Shown: positions 48,240 to 58,853, counted from the first letter of the stretch. The stretch: DNA of 64,000 bases from a virus (IMGVR_UViG_3300029288_000139:19534-83533); one strand, 5' to 3'. Notes: generated by a model not told the origin, from the letters alone. Numbers and translations: made by a program.

Positions 48240-49363
48240 GTAAATCGATTTTTGGTAACGATATATTTGGCAAACCTATTAAACAACAAAAAAATGGTGT
48301 ACTAGGTGAAAAATTTGAATTTCCCCCTTTTACAGTTTTGAATGCTAGAGATGGTTTGTGGCAAGAAAGAAAAAGGGCTTGGCTATCTTTAGGAATAAGA
48401 AGTGAATTGGGAAGAGGAGTAGGTCTTTTAAAATATTCTGAACAAGCAACAATAGGAGTTGGAGGATTACCAGCCCCACCTAAATCATACCAATACCAAC
48501 AAAAGGGTTTAGGAGCTACGCCCGGAGGAGAAAGTGGAAGAACTATAGAAAAAAGAACTGGAAAATTCTCTAAAGAAGGCTACCAAAAATTCCTTGAGGA
48601 AAAGAAAACAGGAAAAATGAGAACCGGACATTCAGAAATGTTAGAATTCGCAAGAAAACACAATATGAAAGATAAAATCGTAAAACCTGAAGAATGTGAT
48701 TCATCATCTGGAACATCTATATTTGATCCAGTTATATGTGAGTTAGTTTACAAATGGTTTTGTCCTGAAGGTGGCCAAATAATTGATCCCTTTGCTGGTG
48801 GAAGTGTAAGAGGTATTATTGCTGGTTATATGGGATACAAATATTATGGAATAGATCTGAGAGAAGAACAAATAAAAGCTAATGAAGAACAAGGCAAAGA
48901 TATTGTTCCTAATGCAGACGTTAAATGGAAATGTGGGGATTCTTTATACGAAGTAGATAATGCTCCTCAAGCAGATCTCATTTTTTCGTGCCCTCCATAT
49001 GGAGATCTAGAAGTTTATAGTGATGATCCAAAGGATCTATCAACAATGTCTTATCCTGATTTTATCAGAACTTACAAAAGAATTATTCTTTCATGTGTTG
49101 ACAAATTAAAAGAAGGAAGGATGGCTTGTTTTGTCATTGGAGATTTTAGGGATACTAAAACTGGATTTTATAGGGGTTTTATTTCTGATACAATAAACGC
49201 TTTTAGAAACGCCGGGATGGAATTGTATAATGAAGCAATTCTAATAACAGCGATAGGAAGTCTTCCTGTTCGTGTTACAAAGACTTTTGAAGCGTCGAGA
49301 AAATTAGGAAAAACTCATCAGAATATTTTAGTTTTTATTAAGGGTAAATACCAGAAATTTTAA
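48236..49363 (+). CDS. DNA methyltransferase (N6-A / N4-C type)
   Basis: TSIFDPV, DPFAGGSVRG, FSCPPY and KTHQNILVF motifs. Confidence 0.88.
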   Translation: MSKSIFGNDIFGKPIKQQKNGVLGEKFEFPPFTVLNARDGLWQERKRAWLSLGIRSELGRGVGLLKYSEQATIGVGGLPAPPKSYQYQQKGLGATPGGESGRTIEKRTGKFSKEGYQKFLEEKKTGKMRTGHSEMLEFARKHNMKDKIVKPEECDSSSGTSIFDPVICELVYKWFCPEGGQIIDPFAGGSVRGIIAGYMGYKYYGIDLREEQIKANEEQGKDIVPNADVKWKCGDSLYEVDNAPQADLIFSCPPYGDLEVYSDDPKDLSTMSYPDFIRTYKRIILSCVDKLKEGRMACFVIGDFRDTKTGFYRGFISDTINAFRNAGMELYNEAILITAIGSLPVRVTKTFEASRKLGKTHQNILVFIKGKYQKF

Positions 49364-49400
49364 AAAGTATTATATAATATAGAAAAAGAGGAGATTGATA

Positions 49401-50519
49401 ATGGAATTTTCAATTGAAAAAAGTGTTATTCTAGATGCGGTAAGTAGGTTGTCCAAAATAGTTTCTGCTAAATCTTACAACCCTATTAATTACAATATAT
49501 TGATATCTTCTAAGAAGAACAATATAACATTAGTGGCTGTAAGTCCAGAAATAACTTTATTTTTAAATTGTCCAGCAGTTATCAAACATGATGGTGAGAC
49601 AACAGTTAATGCCAAAAAATTTCTGAACATCATTAGCGCGTTTCCAGATGGAAAAATATCAGTAAAAAGTGATGAAAAAGAGGAGATAGAAATAAATTGT
49701 GAAAAGAATAAACCAAATTTTAAAATCGTTGGAATAAATTGTGAGGAATTTGCTTTTAATTTCCGAGAAGAATATGAAAAAAACGTAAATTATTATGACA
49801 TTAACAGAGATTCCTTTATAAAAATGATATCGAAGATTATCTGGTCTATTTCAAGTAATGATTCGCAACCTGCACTGATGGGAGGTTTTTTAGAAACATC
49901 CGAATCAAATGAAATGTCAATAGTTTCTTCCAATGGATTTTGTATAACCATTTTTAGATTACCATCTATTGGATTAACAGAAAAGATTTTAATCCCTTCT
50001 AAGGGTTTGATAGAAATAGTTGACTTTCTCAAGGTTAGTAAAGAAAAAGTTAAATTTGGAGTTGGAAAGGGCTTTTGTATTATTTTTAATGGAGAAGATT
50101 ATTTAAGAATCAATCTTATAGAACAAGAATTTCCATCGTATAAAGACGTCCTCAAAAAACTTGGTGGAGAAACAGAAATTATAGTTGATAAAATACAAAT
50201 TGAAGAAGCCCTTTTCAGGTCAAGCATTATGTGTGATAAAACAAGACCAAGTGTTAAAATTAGTTTTCAAAAAGGAATTGCCAATATTTTTTCTAAACAA
50301 AATGACGAAATATGCGGAGAAGTAGAAGATGAAATTGAAACAAATTATAAAGGAGAAACAATCGAAATAATTTTAGATATCAATATCCTATTAAACTCAA
50401 TTAGTATGGTAGATGAAGATAAAATTTGTATTGGAGTAAAAGACTCAAGTAGTGCCATTTTTGTATGTGGTGAAAAGACAGATGATTATTTCTGTATGAT
50501 TATGCCTTTATCATTTTAG
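49401..50519 (+). CDS. dnaN: DNA polymerase III beta sliding clamp
   Basis: PALMGG, SSNGF, IPSKGL, LIEQEFP.Y and terminal IMPL motifs. Confidence 0.9.
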   Translation: MEFSIEKSVILDAVSRLSKIVSAKSYNPINYNILISSKKNNITLVAVSPEITLFLNCPAVIKHDGETTVNAKKFLNIISAFPDGKISVKSDEKEEIEINCEKNKPNFKIVGINCEEFAFNFREEYEKNVNYYDINRDSFIKMISKIIWSISSNDSQPALMGGFLETSESNEMSIVSSNGFCITIFRLPSIGLTEKILIPSKGLIEIVDFLKVSKEKVKFGVGKGFCIIFNGEDYLRINLIEQEFPSYKDVLKKLGGETEIIVDKIQIEEALFRSSIMCDKTRPSVKISFQKGIANIFSKQNDEICGEVEDEIETNYKGETIEIILDINILLNSISMVDEDKICIGVKDSSSAIFVCGEKTDDYFCMIMPLSF

Positions 50520-50528
50520 GAGAAAAAT

Positions 50529-52796
50529 ATGTCTCAGTCTCAAGATGAAAGAAAAGAATTAGAATTAAAATATCGTCCACTAAATTTCAATGAGTTAGTT
50601 GGATGGGATAAGGAAAAAGAATCTCTCTTATCTTTATTAAACACAAAGAGAACTTATCTCCTATATGGTAAAAGAGGTTGCGGAAAGTGTATTACTAAAG
50701 ATTCTTTTATCTTCACAGATGAAGGAATAAAATCTATTGATGAACCATTTAAAAATATTAACATAAAAGGTTTTACTCAAAGAAAAATAAATATTCAAAC
50801 TAAAGAAGGAATGGAATTTTCATCTCATCTTTTTCAAGAAGAAACTGAATCAACAATATCTATAAAAGATGAATACGGACTGGAATTAGAAGGAACTCCG
50901 GAACATCCAATATTATGTATTTCCACAGATTGTGATTTTATTTTTAAAAAGTTGTCTGAGATTAGAGAAGGAGATTTTGCTTGTCTACCTAGAAATATAA
51001 ATTGTTTTCCAAAAACAAATTTCAAAATTGAATTTTGTCAAGAAAAAAAGAAACACGATAGTAATAGTAAAAAAATTATTGTTCCTGATTTTATTACTCC
51101 CGATATTGCTAGACTATTGGGTTATATAATTGCAAATTGTTCTTTTGATAAAACAACAATTCAAATGTCAACTTCCAATAAAAAAATTCAACAAGATATA
51201 AAAAATATTTTATTAAAAATGGGAACTTCTATTGGAAAAATTTATGACAATAAAGATTTTAATATGGGAGGCATTATGCTTTTCAAATTAATTTCTTATC
51301 TTATGGGTGGTGACGATAAATTAACTACGGCAAGGTTTAAATCTGTTCCAAAATCTATTTTGTCAAGTAATAAAAAAATACAAGTCAATTTTTTACAAGG
51401 ATTAATAGATTGTGATTCATGGATGGACGAAAGATGTCTTGAATATTATACTGCTAGTAAAATTCTGGCAGATCAGGTTCAAATGATGCTTCTTAATCTC
51501 GGAATTTTTTCAAGTAAAAAAAGTTCCTATGACAAAAAAATGAATCATGTTTATTGGACTCTTTCAATTGGTTCTAAAGATATTGATAATTATAGCGATA
51601 ATATTAAATCTATTAAGTATAAATTTTATAAACATAAAGGAAATGGTCGTTGGAAAGACAAGGTTCCTTATATTAGACAAATAATTTTAGACAAAATTAT
51701 GAACATCAGAAAAGAACTGAAAGTAAATGTATCTGGACAATTTTATGTTGACGGTAAAATTAAAAGGTTTGATCTTGGAAGAATAACTAATACCGACCCT
51801 TATATAAAAATGGCCACCTATGAATGGTTAGAAAATGTTATTCCGTTATTAAAAAAATGGGAAAAAGAAATTGGAGAACAAATAATAAAAAAGATAGATT
51901 CTTTTATCAAAAGAGATTTTAGATTTTCTAAAATAATATCAACACAAATTTTAAATGAAAAGAAAATGGTTTACGATTTTACACTACCTAAAAATCATAA
52001 TTTTATAAGCAATGGATTTATCAATCATAATACCACTATTGGAAGATTGATAGCCTACGAACTTGGAATTGATAACATAGATATTAATGAAATCGATGCA
52101 GCAACAAATACTGGAGTTGAGGACGCCAGAACTATTAAAACAAACGCAGCTTTTTTTCCTCTTAAAAGTCAAAATAAAATATATATTGTGGACGAGTGCC
52201 ATCGACTCACAGGGAATGCTTTTGACGCCTTATTAAAAACTCTTGAAGAACCACCTTCACATTGTTATTTTGTTCTGATAAGTTCAGAAATTGATAAAGT
52301 ACCAACAACAATCAAAAGTAGAGCCGCTAAATATGAAGTAAGATCGTTAGATCAAAGAGAATCTTTATCTTTAATCGATTGGATATGTGAAGAAGAAAAA
52401 ATAACAATTTCAGACACCGTCAAACAGGCAATTATTGAACAATGCGAAGGTGTTCCAAGAGAAATGATTGTATCATTAGATATGATTAAGGAAATGAAAA
52501 AAGATGAAGATGCTATAGCTCTTCTATTTTCTAGTAAAGGGAATCCACAAGTTATCGATTTGTGCAGGGCATTATTAGCGAATAGTAAATGGAAGCAAAT
52601 ATCTGAAATTTTAAAGACTATTACAGACGAACCTGAAAACGTTAGAGCGGCAGTTGCTGGGTATATGAGTGCGGTACTTCTAAACGGAGAAAATCAAAGA
52701 GCCGGGTTGATACTTAATTATTTCGCAGAAAAATCAATTATATATACAAAAAAACCAGCATTGGTAGATTTATGTTATGTTGTAACAAATAATTAA
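50529..52796 (+). CDS. dnaX: Clamp loader gamma/tau-like subunit containing an intein
   Basis: KYRP, G.RG.GK|intein|TT, DAATNTGV, IVDECH.L...AFDALLKTLEEPP and TIKSR motifs. Confidence 0.9.
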   Translation: MSQSQDERKELELKYRPLNFNELVGWDKEKESLLSLLNTKRTYLLYGKRGCGKCITKDSFIFTDEGIKSIDEPFKNINIKGFTQRKINIQTKEGMEFSSHLFQEETESTISIKDEYGLELEGTPEHPILCISTDCDFIFKKLSEIREGDFACLPRNINCFPKTNFKIEFCQEKKKHDSNSKKIIVPDFITPDIARLLGYIIANCSFDKTTIQMSTSNKKIQQDIKNILLKMGTSIGKIYDNKDFNMGGIMLFKLISYLMGGDDKLTTARFKSVPKSILSSNKKIQVNFLQGLIDCDSWMDERCLEYYTASKILADQVQMMLLNLGIFSSKKSSYDKKMNHVYWTLSIGSKDIDNYSDNIKSIKYKFYKHKGNGRWKDKVPYIRQIILDKIMNIRKELKVNVSGQFYVDGKIKRFDLGRITNTDPYIKMATYEWLENVIPLLKKWEKEIGEQIIKKIDSFIKRDFRFSKIISTQILNEKKMVYDFTLPKNHNFISNGFINHNTTIGRLIAYELGIDNIDINEIDAATNTGVEDARTIKTNAAFFPLKSQNKIYIVDECHRLTGNAFDALLKTLEEPPSHCYFVLISSEIDKVPTTIKSRAAKYEVRSLDQRESLSLIDWICEEEKITISDTVKQAIIEQCEGVPREMIVSLDMIKEMKKDEDAIALLFSSKGNPQVIDLCRALLANSKWKQISEILKTITDEPENVRAAVAGYMSAVLLNGENQRAGLILNYFAEKSIIYTKKPALVDLCYVVTNN
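50688..52031 (+). mobile_element. Intein (448 aa) with LAGLIDADG homing endonuclease
   Basis: CITKDS..., GTPEHP, RLLGYIIA, FLQGLIDCD and VYDFT....HNFISNGFINHN followed by Thr. Confidence 0.92.
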
Positions 52797-52807
52797 AAGG
52801 AGAAATC

Positions 52808-53281
52808 ATGGAAATGGAAGACGAAAGAGATTATTTTAAGGATTTAACAATAAACAAATTCAATCTTTTGCAAGAATGGGAAACTCAGTCTGAAAAATCA
52901 ATGTATTGGAATAAAAAAGCAATCCTTGCACAAACTGAACTCAGGGAAATAGAACTTACGAGAAAAATCTTGAAAGCAACTCTTGGTCAAGAATATAGAC
53001 AAAAGATTGAGTCTTCTGGAAAGAAAACAACAGAATCTATTATTGAGGAATTGATAAGAACTGATATTCGATATAAAGAAATATCAGAACGTCTTATCAA
53101 AGTTCAAGAGAATGCCGATATATTAGATGCGGCAAAATGGGAGTTTCTTTCTAGAAAAACTTCTCTTGAAAGAATTCAAGAAGGGATTATTAATTCTTTA
53201 TTTTCTATCCCCAAAGATTTTTCAGAAAAAGAGAAAGAAAAGGAACAAATCAGAACAGAAATTAGAAGAAGAAGGGCATAA
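52808..53281 (+). CDS. UvsY-like recombination mediator
   Basis: Helical protein with K.TESIIE..I..D..Y; lies before the SSB and RecA genes. Confidence 0.6.
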   Translation: MEMEDERDYFKDLTINKFNLLQEWETQSEKSMYWNKKAILAQTELREIELTRKILKATLGQEYRQKIESSGKKTTESIIEELIRTDIRYKEISERLIKVQENADILDAAKWEFLSRKTSLERIQEGIINSLFSIPKDFSEKEKEKEQIRTEIRRRRA

Positions 53282-53284
53282 AAT

Positions 53285-53446
53285 ATGATTACAATTCAAA
53301 ATGGTTTATGGGTGGTGGGATTAATTGTAATATTTTACATTGTTGTTAGATTGTTTATCTACGGTGCTGTTAGAAGTTTTTTCGAGGCGAGATTATCGTA
53401 TTATATGAAACTAAAAAACAAAATTAAAAAAGGAGAAAAGTTATGA
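53285..53446 (+). CDS. Small membrane protein (53 aa)
   Basis: Manual translation; hydrophobic N-terminal helix; stop overlaps the SSB start. Confidence 0.5.
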   Translation: MITIQNGLWVVGLIVIFYIVVRLFIYGAVRSFFEARLSYYMKLKNKIKKGEKL

Positions 53447-54570
53447 TTACAAGAAGATCAAGGGAAGAGATGAGGGAAGGCTTTCGTAAAAGAATGATAG
53501 AGAATCAAAGTAAACAAGAGGGAGGATATTATTCAAACCTCTTTCGAAAAGATATAAATATTCCCTTTATGGCTTGCAAAGAAGGGTATCATACTATTGA
53601 TATCTTAGATTACATCGCTGGTAAAAATGATCCACATCCTGGAGAACCAAGTTATTGTTTTGAATTTTACACATATAATAATTGTGGCGCTGGTCAAGGG
53701 TCTATTCTTTGTCTTTCTAAAACATTTGGATTGCCAGATCCAATAGCTGAAGATAGGGCAAGAAAACAAAGAGATGGAATGGATGAAAAAACATTGAAAT
53801 CTATTAGCCCACTTCGTAATCCACGGGTTCTCTATAATGTAATTTGTTGTGATAGCAAAGAAGAAGAAAATAAAGGAGTACAGGTTTTTCATACTTCAAG
53901 TTATCTAATGGAAGATTACTTACGAGAAATGGCAAAAGGATGTGTCAGACCTGGCATGGAAGGGATTGACCCTATAATTGATTTCACTTCTCCAGATGAA
54001 GGAAAATCAATTAAATTCAAAAGGGAAGGAGAAGCAGAAAAAACAAAATTTATTCTTCATCAATTTGTTGATAGACCAAAGGGATTTTCTATCGATGAAA
54101 AAGATTTAAACAGTGTTTTTGTTTTGGACGAATTAATTTATGTGCCGACTTATGATGAAGTTTGTGAATATTATTATGGAAAAGGACAACATATGCCCTC
54201 TGAAAGAAGTCTTCATTCAGAATCAGAAAAAACCACTGAAGAAACACAATCACCCAGGAGAAGTCGTTACGATAAAATGAACGACGTACCAGAAAATTTT
54301 TCAGATGATAAATCTGTTAAAGATGAAAACCCTTGTCCCTCTGGTCATGTATATGGAGTTGAAATAGATAAATTTCCAAAGGATTGTGAATCGTGTTCTA
54401 AATGGAAAGACTGTGCTAGAGCAGAAAGAGAAAATAAAGCTACCTCAACGACTCAATCGGAAAACACAAATACAAGATCCGGTCGCAACGTAAAGGAAGA
54501 AAATACTAATACGTTTGAAGAAAAAAAGAAAGTTGATGAACCATTGACAACAAGAAGAAGAAGAGGATAA
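53443..54570 (+). CDS. Single-stranded DNA-binding protein (T4 gp32-like)
   Basis: CLSKTFG..DPIAE, RVLYNV and G.SIKFKREG motifs; Cys4 C-terminal module; synteny. Confidence 0.7.
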   Translation: MITRRSREEMREGFRKRMIENQSKQEGGYYSNLFRKDINIPFMACKEGYHTIDILDYIAGKNDPHPGEPSYCFEFYTYNNCGAGQGSILCLSKTFGLPDPIAEDRARKQRDGMDEKTLKSISPLRNPRVLYNVICCDSKEEENKGVQVFHTSSYLMEDYLREMAKGCVRPGMEGIDPIIDFTSPDEGKSIKFKREGEAEKTKFILHQFVDRPKGFSIDEKDLNSVFVLDELIYVPTYDEVCEYYYGKGQHMPSERSLHSESEKTTEETQSPRRSRYDKMNDVPENFSDDKSVKDENPCPSGHVYGVEIDKFPKDCESCSKWKDCARAERENKATSTTQSENTNTRSGRNVKEENTNTFEEKKKVDEPLTTRRRRG

Positions 54571-54576
54571 ATAAAT

Positions 54577-55659
54577 ATGTCGAAGAGGAAAATTGATGTT
54601 GTCGCTGAAAATATTAAAAATGGGAAAATAATTGTTGACGACGAGAGAGTTGAGTTTCTATCGTCGTCTTCAATTATGTTTAACCTTGCAGCTTCTGGCA
54701 AAGGAAAAAATGGAGGAGTTGCAAGGGGACATATAATCAATATCATTGGAGATGGTTCAAGTGGAAAAACTCTTCATGCGTTAGAAATTGCTGCGTGGAC
54801 ATTTTATAATATTCAAAAAACAGAATCAAAAATATTCCCCCCCGTGAAGAAAGTTTCAATTGTTTTCAATAATGTTGAAGATGTTATGGATTTCCCAATA
54901 GAAAAAATGTATGGAAAGAGATTCAATGCCGAAGTTATATGGATTAAAACTGGTACGGTTGAAGGGTTTGGAAGAGATTATACCAGAAGGGTTAAAGCGT
55001 TAAAAGAAGGAGAATTTCTTCTATACATTCTAGACTCATGGGATGCTCTCACTTCAGAAAAATCGAAAGAAAGATTTGAAGAAGCCGCAGAAAAAGATCA
55101 AGAAGAAAAGGGGAGCTACGGAACAGATAAAGCAAAGTACGGGAGTGCTTCTTTCTTCTCAAATATTTGTGATATCTCCAGTGGTAAAGATACCACATTG
55201 ATTATAATTTCTCAAATTAGAGAGAAAATAGATACAATGACCTTTGGCGATAAATATTATCGGGCAGGTGGGAAAGCCCTTGATTTTTATACTCATCAAT
55301 GTGCGTGGCTAGCTGAAGTTGAGAAAATTAAAAAAACATTCAGAGGCGAAGAAAGAGTTATTGGTATTCGTACAAAGGCGAGATTTAAAAGAAATAAAGT
55401 TGCAAAGCCATTTAGGGATGCGGAAACTATTATCGCTTTTGATTACGGGATAGATAATATTTCTTCAATGATAAATTGGTATTGGGGTCCTAAATGTGAT
55501 AAGTTTGAATTTGATGGTGGTATATTTAATAGAGTTGAGTTTATTAAATATATTGAAAAAAACGAATTGGAAGACGTAATAGCAGAAATGGTTGAAAAAG
55601 AGTGGAAAGAAATAGAAGATGCAGTTATTCCAGACAGAAAGAAGAGATTTGAAGAATGA
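54577..55659 (+). CDS. recA: RecA / UvsX-like recombinase
   Basis: GDGSSGKT, ILDSWDAL, ISQIR.K, GGKALDFY and KRNKVA.PFR motifs. Confidence 0.85.
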   Translation: MSKRKIDVVAENIKNGKIIVDDERVEFLSSSSIMFNLAASGKGKNGGVARGHIINIIGDGSSGKTLHALEIAAWTFYNIQKTESKIFPPVKKVSIVFNNVEDVMDFPIEKMYGKRFNAEVIWIKTGTVEGFGRDYTRRVKALKEGEFLLYILDSWDALTSEKSKERFEEAAEKDQEEKGSYGTDKAKYGSASFFSNICDISSGKDTTLIIISQIREKIDTMTFGDKYYRAGGKALDFYTHQCAWLAEVEKIKKTFRGEERVIGIRTKARFKRNKVAKPFRDAETIIAFDYGIDNISSMINWYWGPKCDKFEFDGGIFNRVEFIKYIEKNELEDVIAEMVEKEWKEIEDAVIPDRKKRFEE

Positions 55660-56546
55660 GAATTATTATTGATAGCAATGGATTAGCATACAGATCTCTT
55701 TTTTCTATGGGAGATTTAAAACACAACCAAAATAAAACAGGTGTTATATTTGGATTTCTTTCAGAGGTACGTAATCTTGCAGAGAAATTTTCCTGTAATC
55801 AATTCATTTTTTGTTGGGACTCAAAGAATTCGTACAGAAAATTAATCTGTCCAGAATACAAAGAAAACAGATCTCATTTATTGTCATCAGAAAAAGAAAT
55901 TCTTGAAATAGCTTATAAACAGTTTAATCTATTAAGAGATGAAATATTACCAAATATGGGGTTTAGAAATATTTTTATACAATCTGGCTACGAAGCCGAT
56001 GATTTAATAGCTTGGATAGTTTATCGTTTACCTGATAATTATTTAATAGCAACGGGAGATGATGACCTTCTTCAATTATTAAAAGATCACCCAAAATATC
56101 CTATAGAAATTTATAATTTAAGAGTAAAAAAAATAATAACAGAGGAAGATTTTACTAAAAAATATGGAATTAAACCTATTGACTGGTCAATTGTTAAATC
56201 AATTGGAGGTTGTTCATCAGATAATATAAAAGGAATCTCAGGTGTTGGTCAAGAATCTGCAATAAAATATTTGAATAACAATCTAAAAGATGGGGCAATA
56301 AAGAAAAAAATAGAATCAATAGAAGGAAAAAAAATAACTCAGGATTGTATGGAATTAGTTCATTTGCCTTTTGTTGGAGATAGAGAAATTTCTATAATAA
56401 AAGACAGAGAAGAATTTTATAAAGACGATATATTTTACTCATTGAATTTTATGGATACTTTTAAAAAGTACGGGTGTTTCTCATTTGTAACAGAGGACGG
56501 ATTAAATCGATGGAGAAAATCATTTAACTTAATTTCTGGGAGATAA
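55656..56546 (+). CDS. 5'-3' exonuclease / flap endonuclease
   Basis: IIDSN, YKENR, EADD, TGDDDL.Q and SDNIKGISGVG motifs. Confidence 0.9.
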   Translation: MRIIIDSNGLAYRSLFSMGDLKHNQNKTGVIFGFLSEVRNLAEKFSCNQFIFCWDSKNSYRKLICPEYKENRSHLLSSEKEILEIAYKQFNLLRDEILPNMGFRNIFIQSGYEADDLIAWIVYRLPDNYLIATGDDDLLQLLKDHPKYPIEIYNLRVKKIITEEDFTKKYGIKPIDWSIVKSIGGCSSDNIKGISGVGQESAIKYLNNNLKDGAIKKKIESIEGKKITQDCMELVHLPFVGDREISIIKDREEFYKDDIFYSLNFMDTFKKYGCFSFVTEDGLNRWRKSFNLISGR

Positions 56547-56547
56547 G

Positions 56548-57510
56548 ATGTTTGATAAGATTATTATAAAAAATTTTCAAAGTCATCGAGATACTAATTT
56601 ATTGTTAGACAAGGGAGTTAACGTTCTGTTAGGAACGAGTCTTAATGGTAAGACAGCCATTGCTAGAGCTATCAATCTTATTATAAACAATCGTCCGTCA
56701 GGGGCAAAATTTTATAGTAATTTTGCTCCTGACCAAGGCAAAACAATTATAGAATTAAAGCCAGTAGAAAATACATCTGTTGTAATAGAAAAACAAATTA
56801 AAAGGAAGTCGGATAAAACAAAAGAACTTATTGGGACGATATATAAATTTGGAGGAGAAGAATTCTCTGGAGTTGCTAAAGATGTTCCTGATGTGATTAG
56901 GAGGGTTTTTAATATATCAGAACTAAATATTCAAAAACAATTTGACCAACCATTTCTAATCCTTTCTAGCGCTGGTGAATTTGCTAAGACAATTAATCGT
57001 GTTACTAAACTAGAAAAAGTAGATGAATGGGTAAAAGAACTTACTCGTCGCATTAACAAATCAAAAAATGAAATGTCGTTGTTAGAAAGCCAGATAAAAG
57101 ATAATGAGATAGAATTAAAAAAATATATCGGTTTTGAAAAATTAGAAAAAAATATTGTAAAATTAAAAAATATTGATGATTCTGTAAATAAACTAGAAGA
57201 AAATTTTTATAAATTAAACAGGTTATTGGATAAATATGAATTAATTGATGAAGAACTTTTGAAAATAAAACCATCTGTACTAATTTTAGAAAAAATAATA
57301 GTCATTCTAGAAAAAGAAAAAGAAATGGAAAAGTTAGAAAATTATTTATCTCGAATAGAAGACATAAATAATTACATAAAAAATCAAAAAATATTATATA
57401 ATGAATGTAATAAAGAATTAATAAAGATCCTTGAAAATACAAAAGAATGTCCCCTATTTCTATTACCATGTCCAGCGGTAAAAGAAATGGTTAAAAAGGT
57501 AAAAAAATGA
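56548..57510 (+). CDS. sbcC: SbcC / Rad50 ATPase, N-terminal half
   Basis: KNFQSH, G.SLNGKT, Q-loop QKQFD, coiled coil and terminal CP...CP hook-like motif. Confidence 0.8.
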   Translation: MFDKIIIKNFQSHRDTNLLLDKGVNVLLGTSLNGKTAIARAINLIINNRPSGAKFYSNFAPDQGKTIIELKPVENTSVVIEKQIKRKSDKTKELIGTIYKFGGEEFSGVAKDVPDVIRRVFNISELNIQKQFDQPFLILSSAGEFAKTINRVTKLEKVDEWVKELTRRINKSKNEMSLLESQIKDNEIELKKYIGFEKLEKNIVKLKNIDDSVNKLEENFYKLNRLLDKYELIDEELLKIKPSVLILEKIIVILEKEKEMEKLENYLSRIEDINNYIKNQKILYNECNKELIKILENTKECPLFLLPCPAVKEMVKKVKK

Positions 57511-58427
57511 AACTTATTCTGTTATCAGATACACATTTATTGCGGGATAAACCAATTTCTAGATTAGACAATACATACGAAACCCAGTTTATAAAATTAG
57601 AATTTATTTTTGAATATGCCAAAAAATATGATGCTAAAATTATAATAGCAGGTGATATTTTTAATAAACCAAGAAGCTGGCATTTATTACCCAAAATGAT
57701 AGATTTTTTAAAAAAATATAATATTAAAGTTTATGTGGTTTATGGACAACACGATGTTTATCTATATTCAAATTTATCTAAAGACAAAACTAATTTAGGA
57801 ATTTTGGCAAAAGCTGGATTGGTAACAGTTTTGAATGAAGAACCTTTTTATGATTTTGATATAGCTTTTTACGGTTGTAGTTATGGCCAAGAAATACCTA
57901 AAATAAAAAATAAAAAATGTTTTAACATTCTTGTCATACACGCTCCAATAGCTGAAAAGGCATTGTATCCAAATCAAAATTATTTAGATTCGTTAAAATT
58001 ATTGAAAGATAATCCATTTGATTTAATAGTCGCAGGTGATATACATCAAAAGTTTATAAATATTTTTAAGGGAAGGTTCATATGTAATTCAGGCCCTTTA
58101 ATTCGAAAAGAGTCGACGATATATAATTTTTCTCATAAACCAGGATTCTTTTTATTTGATACTAATAATTTAGAAAACACCGTTTTTGTTGAGGTTCCAC
58201 ACAAACCAGCAGAAGAAGTTCTCACAAGAACACATATTGATTACGAGAAAGAGAATGATTCTATTCTACAAGACTTTATTAGTTCTATTGAAACAAACAA
58301 TTTAGAAGACGGGGTTGATTTTATGGAAAACCTTTGGTTATTCATAAAATCCAACGATATTCCAAAAACAGTTATTGAAATATTATCTGAGGTTACAAAC
58401 AATGACTCTCCAAGAAGCCAGAAATAA
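57507..58427 (+). CDS. sbcD: SbcD / Mre11 metallophosphoesterase nuclease
   Basis: SDTH, AGDIF, GQHD, VIH, GDIH and NSG motifs. Confidence 0.88.
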   Translation: MKLILLSDTHLLRDKPISRLDNTYETQFIKLEFIFEYAKKYDAKIIIAGDIFNKPRSWHLLPKMIDFLKKYNIKVYVVYGQHDVYLYSNLSKDKTNLGILAKAGLVTVLNEEPFYDFDIAFYGCSYGQEIPKIKNKKCFNILVIHAPIAEKALYPNQNYLDSLKLLKDNPFDLIVAGDIHQKFINIFKGRFICNSGPLIRKESTIYNFSHKPGFFLFDTNNLENTVFVEVPHKPAEEVLTRTHIDYEKENDSILQDFISSIETNNLEDGVDFMENLWLFIKSNDIPKTVIEILSEVTNNDSPRSQK

Positions 58428-58635
58428 ACTAGATAGAATAAAAAACGAAATTGCTAAAAAAGAAGGAGAATACGCTTCTGTTATGAGCGATTTACAAAAA
58501 GATTTTAATGTGAAAACAATTGATGAAGCTTACGATAAGTATGATACAACAAAAGATGAAATATCTGCTAAAAAGAAAGAAAAAGATGAATTAATAAAAG
58601 AAGTTGAAAAACAAATTACTTCTTATGGATTTTAA
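58402..58635 (+). CDS. Small coiled-coil protein, possible SbcC middle segment
   Basis: Heptad-rich 77 aa between SbcD and the SbcC C-terminal half. Confidence 0.5.
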   Translation: MTLQEARNKLDRIKNEIAKKEGEYASVMSDLQKDFNVKTIDEAYDKYDTTKDEISAKKKEKDELIKEVEKQITSYGF

Positions 58636-58646
58636 AGGATATAATA

Positions 58647-58853
58647 ATGGCGAGAACTACGATAAAAATATATAGTTGGTCACGTCTTTTTCTTCCTAGA
58701 AAATTTAAAAAGAAGCCATTGGAAAAAGATGAAATAGAAATTAGAATTATTCATAAAATGAGAAGTTTAGGAATGAAATTAATCTCCTATGATACTGTTC
58801 CTTCTAAAAGAAGTGGAGAAGACTCAATAATGGTTTTTGAATCAAAGGAATAG
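58647..58853 (+). CDS. Hypothetical protein
   Basis: ORF in operon. Confidence 0.45.
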   Translation: MARTTIKIYSWSRLFLPRKFKKKPLEKDEIEIRIIHKMRSLGMKLISYDTVPSKRSGEDSIMVFESKE

